Positions 62,665 to 64,000 of a DNA stretch of 64,000 bases are shown here, piece by piece. The stretch covers positions 20,835-84,834 of the forward strand of contig DATFEP010000025.1 in assembly GCA_035250975.1 (NCBI GenBank). Reading direction: 5' to 3'. The position numbers and the translations under genes were made by a program. The notes beneath the pieces are model-generated. The model did not search any database, was not told where the DNA came from, and worked only from the letters and a program-made list of their open reading frames with translations. Source of the DNA: Nitrososphaeraceae archaeon. Lineage in GTDB: Archaea > Thermoproteota > Nitrososphaeria > Nitrososphaerales > Nitrososphaeraceae. The number at the start of each line of letters is the position of its first letter. Positions within the stretch are counted from its first letter, which is position 1.

Positions 62665-64000
62665 AGATCATCGAATTCTTGAATACAAAGTCATATAATA
62701 CATCCTGATATATAGGATCCTTACCTATTTTTTTACTGTCTAGGAAAAATAATCCAACTCCTTTTTTGAGGTCAGATCTCAATCCTTTTGGAATTCCTAT
62801 CTCTGTGTTACTGGTCATTGCTTCCTTTAAGAATTCTATTATGTCGTCATTCTTTCGTTCCTTCATACAAAAAATTTTCATTTCCTCGTTTATCCAAGTG
62901 AATATTGAATTGTTTTTGTTCTTTTTGATAAAATTGCAAACTTCATCTTTCATAAATATGTCTGGTCCTTTATTAACCATATACGAAGGTAACTTTTTAA
63001 ACTCTAATAATAATACGATTAATGCAAGATAGCACTCATCTTTTATGTAGCATTGACTCTTTATTACATTAAAGTCAAAACTATTTGTTTGTTTGGTAAT
63101 AGCCTTTGTCAGTTTCTTTAATTGTCCGGATATTACATCTGGGCTTCTACTACTGTAATGAAATTTTATAACGATCAAATTTGAAAGTATATCGCTCTTT
63201 TTCTGATCCTCAACTACTTTGGTGACTTTGGTAAATGATTGTTGAAAGTTAAAAAAGTACATCGAAGGATGTTTCAAAAAGGTTCTGGAGGCCATTATGA
63301 ATTTTGATAAACTTTCAGCTGAGATAGCAGCACCTAGATTTCTATTTTCATCAATTGGGTCGATAATGATTATGGGACTATGAAATTTGGTTTCGTCAAT
63401 TGCCTTGTTTTCGTGTGTAGAGATCACTGTTTCTTTTTTGCCCAAATTCGAAATATTTAATAGTACATCTTTAAATGTATTATATTTTAAAACTAATACT
63501 TCAGAAACATATCCACTAAATCCAGAGATAAGCATTTCTGCTCCATAGATTCCAATAGTTTTTAAAAATTTTTTTAAAATTCGTACTTGATCCTTTTGAT
63601 CCTTGGTTAAATTCTTGGTCATATATTCTGTGTGATATTGGGACCTATCTGCAGCACTTTTCCAATTACCTTTTTCTACAGCATAGCAAGGTACTATGTT
63701 GATTCTGATTGGACACTCATTTTTGTTTTTCCTTACAAAACCCTCGACATAAGGATGTTCTGAAAATCTTGTTCTTGGTGTGTACTTGGATAGTGCTTTG
63801 AAACCAATGTCCATGGCAATTCCCTCAAAATGACTTTCGCTAACTTTCTTGTCTATTAAAATGAAAATATCAATATCTGTATCATTTTTTAGGTTTGTTC
63901 CTTTTGCAAATGAACCCCCAGACTTTATAGCTACCACTTCTGGCACCAAGTTATTCTTGATTTCATTTATTATCTCTTTTTCAACGATACGTAGTCTTTT
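62654..64000 (-). CDS. cca: Archaeal CCA-adding enzyme (start lies outside the window)
   Basis: GSFAKGT..DTDIDIF, EHPYV, SAADRS..H, GFSGY, IDPIDENRN; frame open to the window edge. Confidence 0.95.
   Translation of the reverse strand, partial: KRLRIVEKEIINEIKNNLVPEVVAIKSGGSFAKGTNLKNDTDIDIFILIDKKVSESHFEGIAMDIGFKALSKYTPRTRFSEHPYVEGFVRKNKNECPIRINIVPCYAVEKGNWKSAADRSQYHTEYMTKNLTKDQKDQVRILKKFLKTIGIYGAEMLISGFSGYVSEVLVLKYNTFKDVLLNISNLGKKETVISTHENKAIDETKFHSPIIIIDPIDENRNLGAAISAESLSKFIMASRTFLKHPSMYFFNFQQSFTKVTKVVEDQKKSDILSNLIVIKFHYSSRSPDVISGQLKKLTKAITKQTNSFDFNVIKSQCYIKDECYLALIVLLLEFKKLPSYMVNKGPDIFMKDEVCNFIKKNKNNSIFTWINEEMKIFCMKERKNDDIIEFLKEAMTSNTEIGIPKGLRSDLKKGVGLFFLDSKKIGKDPIYQDVLYDFVFKNSMIFED

Overview
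AT-rich archaeal chromosomal window. Gene content and style point to an ammonia-oxidising archaeon (Nitrososphaerota, probably Nitrososphaerales/Nitrosocosmicus-like); this is an inference. Core genes: glmM/PMM (partial), rpl7ae-rps28e-rpl24e-ndk-aIF5B, hflX, trxA, archease, hisS, sdhACDB, argH, ilvE, alba, htrA, a PspA/PspAA/PspAB locus, uvsE, an LhgO-like oxidase, a RIO-like kinase and the CCA-adding enzyme (partial). There are three tRNAs: Leu(TAG) with two introns, Gln(TTG) with an intron at 10/11, and Pro(CGG). One full-length 1180-bp IS has 17-bp TIRs and an 8-bp TSD. The three most interesting observations: (1) a ~1.05-kb region with no credible ORF (~42965-44030), compositionally distinct and rich in long-range complementary segments and a repeated motif, which is a candidate large structured ncRNA or unknown element; (2) two adjacent two-domain multicopper oxidase paralogues that have lost complementary halves of the trinuclear copper ligands, suggesting an obligate heteromeric oxidase fused to an extra cupredoxin and a His-rich beta-propeller; (3) a CarH-like B12-binding protein with a non-MerR N-terminal domain and upstream direct repeats, next to uvsE and a YbjT-like SDR, a possible light/UV-responsive module. 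All calls are by eye, with no database searches or folding computations.
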